The position numbers were made by a program, and so were the translations under genes. A stretch of DNA of 64,000 bases from a virus: positions 6,959 to 70,958 of IMG/VR virus record IMGVR_UViG_3300020198_000012; one strand, written 5' to 3'. Of the stretch, positions 31,000 to 40,752 are shown piece after piece. The notes below the pieces were generated by a model. That model had not been told where the DNA came from and did no database searches. It saw nothing but the letters and a program-made list of their open reading frames with translations. How positions within the stretch are numbered: the first letter of the stretch is position 1; every line of letters starts with the position of its first letter.

Positions 31000-31485
31000 A
31001 TGATTCATAGGGTTTACAAACATCATTGTCGTTATCAACATAATGTTGAGGACAATCCTGAACTAATAGATAAAGCTTGTTTAACACCTCATAAACATGG
31101 ATTTTATCCAAATAATCCTTGCGCTATAGAGTTTATTTTAGCTACTGAAAAATGGATTGATTTTAAGACTATAAAACAAGTGGCTATTGATACACTAAAG
31201 ATTATAGCTGAATCTGATGATGTGCGTACTGATGGTTCACTAGCAGATGAGCAATTTGGTCCTTTACCTTTTTATGATTTTGGAACTAAAGATACTGAAA
31301 CCTTGATTGAAGAATTATATAGGACTTTTATGAAGAAATTACCACTTAAATATAAACCAGCTATGCTACAAATTTGGATGGACGAGACTAATAAATATTC
31401 AGTTTGGTATGATGGCGGATCTTTAAAGTTAATTAGTGATTCAGGATATCAGTTTCCTGGAACAGCTTTTATTAACCAACCCTAA
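31000..31485 (+). CDS. queD: Divergent 6-carboxytetrahydropterin synthase
   Basis: H...CLTPHKH (variant of CxxxHGH), IDFKTIK, ET..E, ETNKYSVWY; near queE/folE/queC. Confidence 0.65.
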   Translation: MIHRVYKHHCRYQHNVEDNPELIDKACLTPHKHGFYPNNPCAIEFILATEKWIDFKTIKQVAIDTLKIIAESDDVRTDGSLADEQFGPLPFYDFGTKDTETLIEELYRTFMKKLPLKYKPAMLQIWMDETNKYSVWYDGGSLKLISDSGYQFPGTAFINQP

Positions 31486-31715
31486 TGCCTCAAACAGTCT
31501 CTGCTCCTTGTAGGTACTGTTATGGTTCTGGAGGAATAAGAAAAAGAGATATGATTGGTAGGATAACTATACATCAATGCAAAATGTGTGGAGGAACTGG
31601 CACTAGACTAGTGGTTTACGGATCAGGTGAATGGAGGATTGCTAAACAAATTGTTAAAGGATTATGGCCTGGAATTAGGAAACATAATAATGATAGGGGA
31701 TGGAATAGACGATGA
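31485..31715 (+). CDS. DnaJ-type CxxCxGxG zinc-finger protein
   Basis: CRYCYGSG and CKMCGGTG. Confidence 0.65.
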   Translation: MPQTVSAPCRYCYGSGGIRKRDMIGRITIHQCKMCGGTGTRLVVYGSGEWRIAKQIVKGLWPGIRKHNNDRGWNRR

Positions 31716-31932
31716 TGGTATTAATAATTGCCTTTGGTATTGCCTTTGCTGGTTGGGGAATTGCAATACTAGAGTGTTGGGAAGACTATGAAATTGAAAA
31801 GATCCTTTCTAAAAGGTCGAAATGACTGATATATCTAACTGGCCTTCTACAATACATCGAATGGATAAAAAATAGAATTTAAGGATACTCCCTAGTTTTA
31901 AAGTAAAGTAAAAATAATTATTATTTACAGTT

Positions 31933-32322
31933 ATGTATAATGAAATTATAAAAAATCTCTATGTAGGAGATATTGAAGATGTTCTTCGATTTGAAAAAGA
32001 TCATCCTGAAGGTAGGATCTTTTGTGTTTTGGAAATTAGACCAGAAGAAGAACCTATAGATGCTCACCATATTCCTCTTTGCAAGGAAATTAGTGGACAA
32101 CTAAGGGTTAATTATGTTAATAAACGAGTTTTGTTAAAACTAATACATGAACACTTGATTAGAGGAAGAAAGGTGTTAGTACATTGTGGAGCTGGAATAG
32201 AAAGATCTCCTTTAGCGGTGGCTTGTTATTTAAAAGACTATCATGATTTATCATTAGACGAGGCTTATAAAATTGTTAAAGACCATAAACCACAAGCACA
32301 GGATAGAAGAGATTGGTTATAA
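31933..32322 (+). CDS. Dual-specificity (Cx5R) protein phosphatase
   Basis: NLYVG, VLVHCGAGIERS, ACYL...LDEAY. Confidence 0.9.
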   Translation: MYNEIIKNLYVGDIEDVLRFEKDHPEGRIFCVLEIRPEEEPIDAHHIPLCKEISGQLRVNYVNKRVLLKLIHEHLIRGRKVLVHCGAGIERSPLAVACYLKDYHDLSLDEAYKIVKDHKPQAQDRRDWL

Positions 32323-32401
32323 CAACAGGAAGTTGTAGAGGATGTGGATTATGGAAAACTACTATCAATCCAGACGATGGATATTGTGGAGATTGTAATT
32401 A

Positions 32402-33220
32402 ATGACTAGAAAAACCTATGAAGATAATATAGTTTATCTATTTGAAGTTCCTTATCAAACTATTAATGGAGAAGGAGAACATATAGGAAAACCTTGTATT
32501 TTCATTCGATTCCAAGGATGCACCGTTGGTTGTAAATGGTGTGATGCTATGGGAACATGGCCTGAGAAAAGAGGAGATTTAAAACTTGGCATTGCAATGA
32601 CTAATAAAGAAGTTTGTGATTACATAGACCAACATTTTCCTGCAACTGTTAGGGTATGGATTACTGGAGGAGAACCAACAGAACACGGTTATGAAGCTTA
32701 TTCTTTGGTAAAATATATAAAGAAAAATTCAATTACTAGGAGAATATTTCACTTGATTACTGCAGGAAAGAAATATGATGAAAAAATGCTTTATGAGTTT
32801 GATAAGATTACTATTGATATTAAACCTCCAAGCAGTGGAGCCACTACACCAGAGGAATTCATTTCTTGGAGTATGGAAAATCCTGTTTTAAAAGGAAAAG
32901 TTGATTTTAAAATGGTAGTAGCCCCAACAGCTGAGGATATTACTTTTGCTAGGAATAATATACATAGGTTACAACAATTTGGACGAGATATTACTGTGCA
33001 ACCCTTGTATTGGTCGGAAGCAGAGGCCAGAACAAATAAAGATTTATATAGTAAGGAAAATAAATTAAAGATGTTTGAAGAAAGATTTGCTACACCTAAA
33101 GGATGGGATTCTTATGCACAATTTGCTGAAGAGTTCTTAGGAACTGTTAAATATCCTAATGTTAGAGTTCTTCCACAATTACATAAGATTTATTGGCCAG
33201 GAAAGTTGAGTGGAATTTGA
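32402..33220 (+). CDS. queE: 7-carboxy-7-deazaguanine synthase (radical SAM)
   Basis: TINGEG, FIRFQGCTVGCKWCD, ITGGEP, DIKPPSSG, LPQLHK. Confidence 0.95.
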   Translation: MTRKTYEDNIVYLFEVPYQTINGEGEHIGKPCIFIRFQGCTVGCKWCDAMGTWPEKRGDLKLGIAMTNKEVCDYIDQHFPATVRVWITGGEPTEHGYEAYSLVKYIKKNSITRRIFHLITAGKKYDEKMLYEFDKITIDIKPPSSGATTPEEFISWSMENPVLKGKVDFKMVVAPTAEDITFARNNIHRLQQFGRDITVQPLYWSEAEARTNKDLYSKENKLKMFEERFATPKGWDSYAQFAEEFLGTVKYPNVRVLPQLHKIYWPGKLSGI

Positions 33221-33867
33221 AGAAAATATCTTCAAGTACTTATAATTCATCAACTAGTGGATCATTTCCATTAACCCTTACATTTAGTGATAGTAATTCT
33301 GATTCTTTAACTTCTATTATTGAAAAATTAATAGAAAAAATGCATTGGCAAGATGATGATAATTTTGATGATACTCCTCAAAGGTTTACAACTTGGTTGA
33401 AAGAAAACCAAGGACTTTCTAAAGCGGATTGTAAAAGGAAATCTATTGAAGATTTAAAGAAAAGGTTTGCTACAAAGAACCAACAGATGGTAGTTGTTGG
33501 ACCTACAAAGACATTTTCATTATGTCCTCATCATCTTTTACCTATAGAATATGATTCTTGGGTAGGATATATTCCTAATAAATGGGCTGTAGGAATATCA
33601 AAGTTATCTAGAGTTCCTTTAAACTTTTCTCGATATCCCTTCATTCAAGAAGATTATACAGAAGAAATAGCTGATGCTATTATGGAAAATCTACAACCAA
33701 AAGGTGTTATGGTGGTTGTTAAAGGAACACATAATTGTATGAGGATTAGAGGAGTAAAACAACCAGATGCAGTTACTATGTCTAGTGCTTTAAAAGGAGT
33801 ATTCTTGAAACCTCCTAAAGGAAAAGATCCTAGATCAGAATTGTTAAAACTAATAGAGATTCAATAA
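33217..33867 (+). CDS. folE: GTP cyclohydrolase I
   Basis: DTPQR, SLCPHHLLP, GISKLSR, IQEDYT, HNCMRIRGV; TTGA overlap with queE suggests start 33217. Confidence 0.95.
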   Translation: MKKISSSTYNSSTSGSFPLTLTFSDSNSDSLTSIIEKLIEKMHWQDDDNFDDTPQRFTTWLKENQGLSKADCKRKSIEDLKKRFATKNQQMVVVGPTKTFSLCPHHLLPIEYDSWVGYIPNKWAVGISKLSRVPLNFSRYPFIQEDYTEEIADAIMENLQPKGVMVVVKGTHNCMRIRGVKQPDAVTMSSALKGVFLKPPKGKDPRSELLKLIEIQ

Positions 33868-33999
33868 TGACTATTCTTATTTGTACTAATGTTGGTTGCG
33901 ATGGTTTTGTCAAGGTTGATAAACCTTCAGATTTTGGAACTGCCAAATGTAATAAATGTGGTAGCGCTGTGTATGATTGGTTAAAGGCGGATAAACCTG

Positions 34000-34230
34000 A
34001 TGAATGATTATTGTGAACATATAAAGGCTTGCAGTGAATGCAAAAAGAAGCTTTGTATTTATTGTATAGAGTTTTGTAGCGGATGTCCTATTGAAGGATG
34101 TGAAAAATGTTATACAAAACATTTATTTAAATGCCCTGATTGTAGCCAATTATTGTGTCCTAATGAAACTAAAAAAGATGATAAAGGAATTGAAAGATGT
34201 CCTTCTTGTCATTTTCAAAAAGGGAATTAA
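34000..34230 (+). CDS. Cys-rich zinc-binding protein
   Basis: Multiple CxxC motifs. Confidence 0.6.
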   Translation: MNDYCEHIKACSECKKKLCIYCIEFCSGCPIEGCEKCYTKHLFKCPDCSQLLCPNETKKDDKGIERCPSCHFQKGN

Positions 34231-34233
34231 TTT

Positions 34234-34965
34234 ATGACAGATTGGGGAAGAGATTCTTATGAAGTTTTAAACACTATAGAAGTTTTAAAGGCTAATGAAC
34301 TTAATAAAAAAACCCTAGTAATACTATCAGGAGGAATGGATAGTGCTACTTGTCTCTACATTGCCAAAGTACTAGGAAGTGATGTATCAGCTATTAGTTT
34401 TAGTTATGGACAAAAACATTACATTGAAGTAAATTTTGCTAAAATATTAACAAGTAATCTTCGTATTAATCATGAAGTTGTTAAGATAGATATAGCTTCA
34501 CATTTTAAAACAGCTTTAGGAAAAGACTCTCATGAAATAATTCCTTCAACCCCAACAGAAGGACAAGTTCCTGCAACTTATGTTCCATTTAGGAACACTA
34601 TAATGCTATCTATAGCAGCAGGATATGCTGAATCTTGGGGATTTGATAGAATTTTTTATGGAGCGAATATTATTGATTATAGTGGTTATCCTGATTGCAG
34701 ACCAGAGTATATTAAAGATTTAAATACACTGATTAAGACTGCTTCTCCTAATAAGACTATTACTATAGAAGCACCAATCCTTTATTTAACAAAAGCTGAT
34801 GTAGTCAAGCTAGGATCTGTTTTAGGTGTTCCTTGGGAATATACTTGGTCTTGTTATAGAGGAAGTACTACAGGAGTTCCTTGCAAAGCTTGTCCTTCTT
34901 GCTTTTATAGAGCAAAAGGATTTGAAGAAGCACAAATAAAGGATCCACTATTGAAATATGAATAA
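34234..34965 (+). CDS. queC: 7-cyano-7-deazaguanine (preQ0) synthase
   Basis: LSGGMDS, YGQKH, TYVPFRN, GYPDCRPEY, TWSCY, CKACPSC. Confidence 0.97.
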   Translation: MTDWGRDSYEVLNTIEVLKANELNKKTLVILSGGMDSATCLYIAKVLGSDVSAISFSYGQKHYIEVNFAKILTSNLRINHEVVKIDIASHFKTALGKDSHEIIPSTPTEGQVPATYVPFRNTIMLSIAAGYAESWGFDRIFYGANIIDYSGYPDCRPEYIKDLNTLIKTASPNKTITIEAPILYLTKADVVKLGSVLGVPWEYTWSCYRGSTTGVPCKACPSCFYRAKGFEEAQIKDPLLKYE

Positions 34966-35647
34966 TTATGATTTAATTGTAGATTCTAGGGAAAAAATAA
35001 ACACTTTTGAAGCTTTAAAAGCATATAATATACAATACACTATAGAAGCCTTACCTGTGGGAGATCTTAAAGTTACTACTCCTGATGGTAGTGTTGTAAT
35101 TGAAAGAAAACAAATGACCGATTTTATTGGATCATTGTTATCTGGAAGATTAGAAGAGCAAGCTAGAAAACTAGCTAATGAAAAATGTCCTGGGTTGATA
35201 TTAACAGGATCTTTTCAAGAGTATAGACAACATGCAAAAACCACTAAATTAACAACTGACCATGTAATAGGGGCAATAGCTTCTTTGGTAGTTAAATATG
35301 GGTTAAGGTTTGTTATTTGGATACAAAGTGCTGAAAATAAACCTCATGCTACTGGAATAGCTGTAGCTGCAAAGATTGCTAAAAAGATAGCTGAAGGAAA
35401 GCTAGATCAAATACCTGATAGAAGATTAAAGAAGAAAACAGATAATCCGCAAAGAGAGATTGTTTCTCTTATTTGTGGAGTTCCTTGTGTAGTAGCTGAG
35501 AATCTTTTAAAGAAATTTGGATGTATTAGGGCTATTATGGATGCAAAGGACGAAGAATTGTTAGAAGTAGATGGAATGGGAAAGATAAGGATTGCTAAGA
35601 TGAGAAGATTGTTAGGAGATGACAAAAATGACAAAAACATTGAATGA
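34958..35647 (+). CDS. ERCC4/XPF-family nuclease with HhH motifs
   Basis: VDSRE, LPVGD, IERK..TDF..S...GRL.EQ, C-terminal VDGMGK. Confidence 0.92.
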   Translation: MNNYDLIVDSREKINTFEALKAYNIQYTIEALPVGDLKVTTPDGSVVIERKQMTDFIGSLLSGRLEEQARKLANEKCPGLILTGSFQEYRQHAKTTKLTTDHVIGAIASLVVKYGLRFVIWIQSAENKPHATGIAVAAKIAKKIAEGKLDQIPDRRLKKKTDNPQREIVSLICGVPCVVAENLLKKFGCIRAIMDAKDEELLEVDGMGKIRIAKMRRLLGDDKNDKNIE

Positions 35648-36434
35648 ATTTGTTATATATGAAGCTGTAGGAGAGAAACTTCCTTTAATAATAGAATCTA
35701 CCAAAGTTCCCACAAAGAAAGCTATCTTAGTTGAACATAAAGTTTGGTCAGAGAACACTACATTAACTCCATTATCAAAAGATATGGCAAGTGAACTAGC
35801 AAAAAGACATGCTAATATTAGAATCCTTGTAGATACTAAATGGGATCCTGTAAGGATGTTTATAGCTTCTTTTGAAGGTAAAGTAGAATCATATAATAGA
35901 AAAAAGGATTGCTTTTGTTTATCTTCTACCAGTGGACCTAGGACAAATATTATTGATTGGTATGAAATTTAATGGTTAATCATTTAATGAGGTACAAAGG
36001 CCAAAGAGGATTGGAATATAAATCCTCTCTCTCAAAAGGTATCTACCCAAAGTGTGGACAGATTGGTTATATACAATTATGGTATAGTTGTTTAGGTAGC
36101 TATTGTTTTTCAGCAGCACATGTAGGTAAAAGACGAAGGTCAAAATATCGCAAATCGCGATGAACAACAATAAAGAGGTGTTGGTTTTAAATGGAAGATA
36201 AAGAACAATTTCAAAAAGATTTAGTGAAAGAAATAAAAAAGGAATTAGAAAAAGATAAAGTACCTGATTTGTCTTTCTTGTTCGATGATAACTATATAGC
36301 AAATCTCAACGCTGCTGTATACTTGAGAGAGAGAGAAACAAGTAAAATACTAGGATTACATCTTGTATGGGCTGATGGTACTGAATTAATAATTACCAAT
36401 CCTAAAGGAGTTGGTATACAAGTGATTAATAAAA

Positions 36435-37619
36435 ATGGATCTATACAACGCTATCCTTAACGAATTAGAAAAAAGAAAAATTACCCATGTTAAAGAATTT
36501 GCACCGTTTTATATTTCATCAATAGGAACACATATTTTTAATATTGTAAATCAAAAAAAGAACATATGGACTTCTTCAGCAGGAACTGTTAATACTAGAC
36601 AGCATATTTTAATGGTTACTGTGCCTGGATTTGGTAAATCCTTTATGTTGAAACAATTTTTAGACAAAGAGATATATTCTATAGTTAAAGGAACTGCAGT
36701 ACCTGCCAGTTTTGAACAGAATTTTACAGAAGCAGGATTAATAGGTTCTATTTCTAGAGGACCTGGTGGAGAAATACAAACACATTATGGACTGGCATAT
36801 AAAAAAGGAAATAATATAATAGGAGTTGAGGAATTTAGTACAGTTACCAATGCAATGAAACAAGATTATAATATGAATCTTGACACTTCAATGTTAACTT
36901 TACTAGATAGTGGAGATGTAATAAAATCAATGTCTGCTGGATCAATAGAATACAAAACTAATTTAACCATGTGGGCAGGAGTACAACCTGGAAGATATAA
37001 CCTTTCTTCAGGATTAGGTAGAAGATTTGTGTTCCTAGTATTTGTGCCAACGTGGGAAGATATATTAGCCTTTAGAAAGGCTAGCAGAGAAGCTGATGGA
37101 ATAGTAGTAGATCAATTAAGGTTGACACAGTTAAAGAAAGCAATAGATATTAGAGTGGCAGAGATTAATAATCAATTAACAGAAATAGAGTTTAATATGG
37201 ATTTTTATAAAGAAATGGATAGATTAAATGTAATGCATTATGAAGAAATGATTTATAAAAGATTAGCTTTAGGATATTGGTTAATGAAAGTGTCATATCC
37301 TAATGGAAAATTAATAATTGGAGTTGATACTGAGTTGAAGAGAATTATAAATTTAGAACATGGGTTTAGAAAAAGAATAAAGAAAGGTACTGATTTAGAC
37401 CAAGTTAGAGCTGTTGTTAAAGGAAGAAAAGAAGTAGCCTTTGAAGATTTAATTTCATTGTTACTAGACTTTTCAATGGATGAACAAATGGCTAGAAACT
37501 TGATAGCTACTTTGATAGCTTTTAAAGAAATAAAAATAGAAGAAAGAACTGATGGAAAATGGGTTATTCCTGTAGGCAGGAATAGCTTTAAAGAATATAA
37601 AACTGGTATAACTCCTTAA
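36435..37619 (+). CDS. mcm: MCM-like AAA+ helicase core lacking the N-terminal domain
   Basis: HILMVTVPGFGKS, TEAGLIGS, GLAY...IIGVEEF, LGRRF, C-terminal wH-like region. Confidence 0.7.
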   Translation: MDLYNAILNELEKRKITHVKEFAPFYISSIGTHIFNIVNQKKNIWTSSAGTVNTRQHILMVTVPGFGKSFMLKQFLDKEIYSIVKGTAVPASFEQNFTEAGLIGSISRGPGGEIQTHYGLAYKKGNNIIGVEEFSTVTNAMKQDYNMNLDTSMLTLLDSGDVIKSMSAGSIEYKTNLTMWAGVQPGRYNLSSGLGRRFVFLVFVPTWEDILAFRKASREADGIVVDQLRLTQLKKAIDIRVAEINNQLTEIEFNMDFYKEMDRLNVMHYEEMIYKRLALGYWLMKVSYPNGKLIIGVDTELKRIINLEHGFRKRIKKGTDLDQVRAVVKGRKEVAFEDLISLLLDFSMDEQMARNLIATLIAFKEIKIEERTDGKWVIPVGRNSFKEYKTGITP

Positions 37620-37645
37620 AAAATAGTTATATTTTTTTTAATAAA

Positions 37646-37688
37646 AAACAGGGTAAAGAAGGATAATCAAAATTATCCCTCTCTGTTT
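37646..37688. terminator. Hairpin between the convergent early and late arms
   Basis: GGATAAT-CAAA-ATTATCC stem flanked by AAACAG/CTGTTT; T and A tracts nearby. Confidence 0.6.
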
Positions 37689-37702
37689 GTTATAGAGGAA
37701 AC

Positions 37703-37999
37703 TTATTCCTCTTCGGTTCTTGAAAATATACCCTTTAACTTTGCAAGGATTGTGTTTGCTTTATTACCAATAAAGCTGGCACCAATAACTTGTAATACTA
37801 TTGGAATAGCATTATCTTCGGAAATTGGTTCTCCAAATCCATTTACAATTACTAATCCTGCTATTGAAGCCAATCCTACAGAATATAGAAATTTCTTCCA
37901 CTGCCATACTGGCTCGTCTTGAGCCACTGCAGCTAATCCAGAAACTACTACACCTGTTCCACTGGCCAGTATAATTGGGTATACAATTGTTTCTAACAT
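37703..37999 (-). CDS. Small multi-TM membrane protein (holin-like position)
   Basis: Three hydrophobic segments; last gene of the late arm. Confidence 0.5.
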   Translation of the reverse strand: MLETIVYPIILASGTGVVVSGLAAVAQDEPVWQWKKFLYSVGLASIAGLVIVNGFGEPISEDNAIPIVLQVIGASFIGNKANTILAKLKGIFSRTEEE

Positions 38000-38003
38000 T
38001 GTT

Positions 38004-39473
38004 TTATCGCCTCTTATCGATCGATTGTTCTTCGAGTCGTTTTAATATTCCTTCGATAATATCAGTCATCGACAGGGATCTTGTTCTCATTTTTCCTGTC
38101 TCTGTGCTTTCTAGAGAGATTGATACATTTTGCTGTGTAGCAGATATGTCCATCACCCTAAAGCTACCATTTAATTGTTTGCTTGGCTGTGATATCTTTA
38201 TGATATCACCCGATTCTAAACTGAATCGGACAAATTGATTATAGGGAATTTCTCCTTTGATTTTAGGAGATGGGTTTTGGAATTCATCTAGAAGAGCATT
38301 AGCTACACCATCGACTTGTCCTTGAGTGCTCAAGGAATTATCAACGATAGTCTTCTCGTAATTATATCTTAAAACTGTTGATGTCGTGGATTGACTTTCT
38401 ATTTGCTGTTCCGAGGATAATTTTTTACCAAGGAGGTTAATTGTATTTGCAAACTCATCTGTGGATACATTAGGGACGGAGGTAACAACTATATCTAAAT
38501 CATCGTCTATTGTTTTTCCTTTTGTCCCCATATAAACTTTAAATTCTTTATTATCAAACCAAACATCCTTTCCTAAAATCTCTCCTAGGATATGTAAAGC
38601 ATCAAAATGGTTCTTCCAGGTAATTGTTCCAGTAATATTATTAGTAGGAAAACCGTCTGCTAGTTTCCAGGTCATTCCTGAAGGCATATCCTCGTTAGCA
38701 GAATCTAAGATTTGTTGAGCTGCTTCTTCTACAGTAATTTGGTATTGCTCTTGGCTGTGTATTTCTAAGTCAATGTTTGGATCTACATCGGTGATATCAA
38801 TACTACCGTCAACAGCATCAGGATTACCATAATAAATATAAAAGTCAGTATCTGCATCAGGAGATACTCTTGCAGCTTCAAAATAGAGGTCTAATGCCCC
38901 TGTTCCTGAAGTATATGATTTTCTTTCGTGATTAACCAGGGTAATACCATCTTTTTTAGTTATTCTAAAATCAAACCCGTTGCTTTTGGCATGGTTCTTA
39001 AATCCTGTGTTACTAGCAACATTAAGCCTTAATGTAATATCAGTTTGCTCTGCATTAATATCTTTAGGTTTGGTGTGTATTAATCTTCTATATTTCCATG
39101 CACTGTTGTACCAATTTTCAGTAGTGTAAGTAATTTCTTCTTCTCCATCTACTCTAAAAACTTTCCTGGTTAAATGGAAGGATAATTCACAAACCACTAA
39201 AGTAATATCATGATCATCTAACGATTTTTCACAAACTATTCCATGGAAAGGTTTTAAGAAAGGAACAAAAACCTCTCGTTCTATTAAAGCATTAGCTCTG
39301 CCAAATTCATCATTAGGTATAGAAAAAACAAACTCTGTTAGTTTATTCAACTTATCAATATATTTCCAATTAAAAAGGCTATTAAATTTAGCTTTTTCTT
39401 TATATGGTTGTTGACCTACTATTCCTACAGCATCTGCTAATGAATACTTTAAAGTATATGTTAAAGTTGACAA
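38004..39473 (-). CDS. Tail hub/baseplate-like protein with DUF2341-like insertion
   Basis: WYNSAWKYRR...DFRIT...YIYYGNPDA; C-terminal GDIIKI...FRVMDI. Confidence 0.65.
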   Translation of the reverse strand: MSTLTYTLKYSLADAVGIVGQQPYKEKAKFNSLFNWKYIDKLNKLTEFVFSIPNDEFGRANALIEREVFVPFLKPFHGIVCEKSLDDHDITLVVCELSFHLTRKVFRVDGEEEITYTTENWYNSAWKYRRLIHTKPKDINAEQTDITLRLNVASNTGFKNHAKSNGFDFRITKKDGITLVNHERKSYTSGTGALDLYFEAARVSPDADTDFYIYYGNPDAVDGSIDITDVDPNIDLEIHSQEQYQITVEEAAQQILDSANEDMPSGMTWKLADGFPTNNITGTITWKNHFDALHILGEILGKDVWFDNKEFKVYMGTKGKTIDDDLDIVVTSVPNVSTDEFANTINLLGKKLSSEQQIESQSTTSTVLRYNYEKTIVDNSLSTQGQVDGVANALLDEFQNPSPKIKGEIPYNQFVRFSLESGDIIKISQPSKQLNGSFRVMDISATQQNVSISLESTETGKMRTRSLSMTDIIEGILKRLEEQSIDKRR

Positions 39474-39492
39474 GTAGGTACTCTTTTATTTA

Positions 39493-39681
39493 TTAAGCTG
39501 GTCTTGCATGATTGCAGTGAGGACAAGTAACTGAATTATCAATTACTGGAGCTTCTACGAATTCTTTTTTACAAGCTTCGCATTTTGCTGTTTGAACAAC
39601 ATTATATTTCCTACTAGTCCTTGTAGACCTGGGAGACTCTGTTGTGAAACTTACCTCTCTCTCTGTATTATCTTTTACCAT
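39493..39681 (-). CDS. Zinc-ribbon protein
   Basis: CEAC...CPHC; GGTGA upstream. Confidence 0.6.
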   Translation of the reverse strand: MVKDNTEREVSFTTESPRSTRTSRKYNVVQTAKCEACKKEFVEAPVIDNSVTCPHCNHARPA

Positions 39682-39690
39682 ATAATCACC

Positions 39691-39804
39691 TTATTTTAGA
39701 ATAACATACACCGTTTGTGGAAATTCATAGTTGAAACTAGGTCTTTCCCTTGCTGTGATGCTTTCATCTAATTGGTACTTTAGTGTGTAAGTTAAAGACG
39801 CCAT
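39691..39804 (-). CDS. 37-aa ORF (not in ORF track)
   Basis: MASLTYTLKYQLDES...; fills the gap between neighbours and its N-terminus matches 38004..39473. Confidence 0.5.
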   Translation of the reverse strand: MASLTYTLKYQLDESITARERPSFNYEFPQTVYVILK

Positions 39805-39806
39805 TT

Positions 39807-40385
39807 TTACCTAAATACATATGCATAAGTAATTGTAGCTGTTTGTGCACTGGTAACTGTAGCTGGGCTTGCTAATTTTCCTATAGCAAACAAGTCTCCT
39901 GTTTCATCAGGTCCCCAAAACACTGCCAATTTTCTTATAGTAAATGGTCTGGTATATTCTGTGGACGGAATAAATGTTTCTAAAATTATTTCAAAAGGAG
40001 AACTAGTATTTCTAGAGGCTGCGGTTATTGCTAGCCTATTAGCAGTAGAAGGAGGAGTTTCTGTGTCAGTGTCACCTAGAGCGGGTTCAGTATTTCCTGT
40101 ATCTGGTTCCATGTATGAAAGTTCAATATTGGTTGCTTCATCACCAATTAAAATATCTCCAATGTGTTTTATTGCAACATTAGGAATAATGTTATAACCA
40201 CGATAGGTTTTATCACCTTTTTTTGAGTCATGAACAACAATTTTAATAGTTCCATATCTTCTAATAATCCCTAGTTTAACTCCTAGTGTAAAGGCTATTA
40301 AAGCTATTTTACCTGGTAATTTATCTAGAAATTTATGACTAGAAGGAAATGATAATCTTTCTTTATGATGAATATTTATAGGCAT
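39807..40385 (-). CDS. Tail/baseplate-associated structural protein
   Basis: NII.N...TGNTEPA..DT...LFA...TITY pattern typical of tail-fibre-collar-like proteins. Confidence 0.55.
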   Translation of the reverse strand: MPINIHHKERLSFPSSHKFLDKLPGKIALIAFTLGVKLGIIRRYGTIKIVVHDSKKGDKTYRGYNIIPNVAIKHIGDILIGDEATNIELSYMEPDTGNTEPALGDTDTETPPSTANRLAITAASRNTSSPFEIILETFIPSTEYTRPFTIRKLAVFWGPDETGDLFAIGKLASPATVTSAQTATITYAYVFR

Positions 40386-40386
40386 T

Positions 40387-40752
40387 TTATAACTCCTTTC
40401 TTGTTAGTTCTACTAATATACAATCTTTCTCACAAGTTTTAAATACTTTGGGTAATGGTGTTCTCAAAGTCCATGTAGTTTTACAAATTGAGCATTGTCC
40501 TTTAGCTAGATGTATATAATTCCAACAATTTACACAATAACAATAGCGATTATATTTTATTTTCCATTTCTGTAATATAGGCCAATTAATGAAAAGATAA
40601 GGTTCTTCTTTGATTTTAAATCTAGACAAATACCCAATCAATCCTACCTTATTCCAATGTAATTCTACTTGTTGGCATCTATCACACCAATATGTTTGTA
40701 ATGCGATTTGTCCTATGATGAATTGTAAGAGTTCTCGTAGCATTTTAGTCAT
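40387..40752 (-). CDS. Zinc-finger protein in the tail region
   Basis: CDRC, CVNC, CSIC motifs. Confidence 0.5.
   Translation of the reverse strand: MTKMLRELLQFIIGQIALQTYWCDRCQQVELHWNKVGLIGYLSRFKIKEEPYLFINWPILQKWKIKYNRYCYCVNCWNYIHLAKGQCSICKTTWTLRTPLPKVFKTCEKDCILVELTRKEL

Noticed and set aside
33193-33216. ORF-track starts for folE (33193), HerA-like (6080), wHTH (5025), AbrB-like (19862) and scaffold (54975)
   Set aside because: Downstream starts give the stop/start coupling or SD spacing typical of this genome, so coordinates were adjusted.
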